A program made the position numbers and the translations under genes. Source: Octopus sinensis (taxonomy: Eukaryota). From it: a stretch of DNA of 64,000 nt. Under the pieces are notes generated by a model that saw only the letters and a program-made list of their open reading frames with translations, did no database searches and was not told the DNA's origin. Positions within the stretch are counted from its first letter, which is position 1. Each line of letters begins with the position of its first letter. Below, piece after piece: positions 62,714-64,000 of the stretch. Location of the stretch: NCBI RefSeq assembly GCF_006345805.1, contig NC_042998.1, positions 97,340,001-97,404,000 on the forward strand, read 5' to 3'.

Positions 62714-63991
62714 TTAGGTTGTCAAGAAAGTTCTTGAGGAATTTTAAATTTTGGTTTTAAATAATGTATTTTCAAATTAATTTTCGTTAAATTACTTTGA
62801 CTTTATATATCATTTTAAAGACCGTTGTTTGCTCTGTCTAATCGTGTTACTCTTTTTCCTTTTGAATAATTAGGCCATTTTTTCCGGAAGGTTGAATACA
62901 ACATGGACAAAAAGCAAATTCGCACTATTTTCTTATTCCAGTTCAAGCTAGGCCGAAAAGCTGCTGAAACAGCTCGCGATGCGTTTGGCCCAGGAACCAC
63001 TAACAAACCTACAGCACAATAGTGGTTCAAGAAATTTCGCAGCGGTGACCAGAGTCTTGAAGATGATAAGTGTAGTGGTCGGCCAATAGTTGACAACGAT
63101 CAACTAAGAGCCTTAGTCGAAGCCAATCCACACACAACTGTTCGAGAGCTCGCTTCTGAATTAGACGTAACGTATACAATTTCTAACCACTTGAAAGAGA
63201 TTGGAAAAATAAAAATACTTGAGAAATGGGTACTACATAAATTGAACCTCAACCAAAAAAAAAAAAAAAAAATGCCGTTTTGAAGTGTCGTCTTCCCTTC
63301 TTTTATGCAACAAGAACGACCCGTTTCTCGACTGGATTGTGACTTGCAATGAAAAGTGGATTCTTTACGACAACTAGCGATGCTCAGCTCAATAGTTGGA
63401 CGCCGACGAAGCTCTATGGCACTTCCCGAAGCCAAAGTTGCACTAAAAGACGGTCATGGTGACTGTTTGGTGACCTGCGGCCTGTCTCCTCCACAGCTTT
63501 TTGGATCCAGGCGAAACTATTACGGCGGAGAAGTACTGTCAGCAAATGGACGGAATGCATAAGAAACTCCAACAACAACAGCCAGCATTGGTCAATAGAA
63601 AAGGACCAATTCTTCTCCACGACAACGCTCAGCTGCACGTCGCACAACTGACCCGGCAGAAGTTGAATGAATTAGGCTACAAAATTCTGCCTCATCCGCC
63701 ATACTCACTAGACCTCTTGCATACCAACTACCACTTTTTCAAGCAGCTCGACAACTTCCTGTGTGAGAAATGCTTCAAAAACCAAGACGATGCCAAACAC
63801 GCCTTCAAAGACTTCATCGCCACCATCACGCAGGATTTTTACGCTACTGGCATAAATAAACTTGTTTCGCGTTGACAAAAGTGTGTTGAATCTGATGGTG
63901 TTTATTTCGATTAATAAAGGTTTGCTTGAGCCGAGATATGTGCATCTGAATTTAAAGGTTAAAAGCCGCAAGAACTTTCTTGACAACCTAA
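62714..63991 (+). mobile_element. Full-length mariner transposon (1278 bp) with a disrupted DD34D transposase (about 62903-63914)
   Basis: TA|TTAGGTTGTCAAGAAAGTTCTTG ... CAAGAACTTTCTTGACAACCTAA|TA; MDKKQIRTIFLFQFKLGRKAAETAR, IVTCNEKWI, LLHDNA, HPPYSLDL; internal stops and frameshifts. Confidence 0.96.
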
Positions 63992-64000
63992 TATTTTGTT

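Noticed and set aside
62903-63914. Mariner transposase as a domesticated SETMAR-like gene
   Set aside because: Stops, frameshifts, two catalytic D>N changes, intact TIRs and TSD; an ordinary dead copy

Overview
Eukaryotic, AT-rich genomic DNA, dense in microsatellites, SINEs and LINE remnants. The repeat landscape suggests a coleoid cephalopod such as Octopus (inference, no database search). The only host gene I can support is a hemicentin (HMCN1/him-4-like) on the minus strand. Ten in-phase internal exons between 25307 and 2762 give 1699 nt (566 codons, six Ig domains), and one intron appears to use a GC-AG donor. The 5' (vWA) exons and the 3' exons were not found in the window. The rest is mobile-element derived: a full-length Tc1 element (IR/DR ends, DD34E), a full-length mariner, a Helitron helicase fragment, Merlin-like and piggyBac-like MITEs, RTE and R4/Dong LINE remnants, and several SINE families. 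The most interesting signal is a set of non-coding elements embedded in (TA)n microsatellites. They carry type I hammerhead-ribozyme motifs of the minimal kind known from Penelope-like elements: one with an intact core at 33596-33694, and decayed ones at 21155-21214 (mirror copy 20867-20926), 38035-38122 and 44206-44311. Most show an inverted duplication of their 3' end (35, 81, 212 and 314 bp arms). All coordinates were read by eye. Those of exons, TIRs and ribozyme motifs were counted base by base; those of degraded repeats are approximate.
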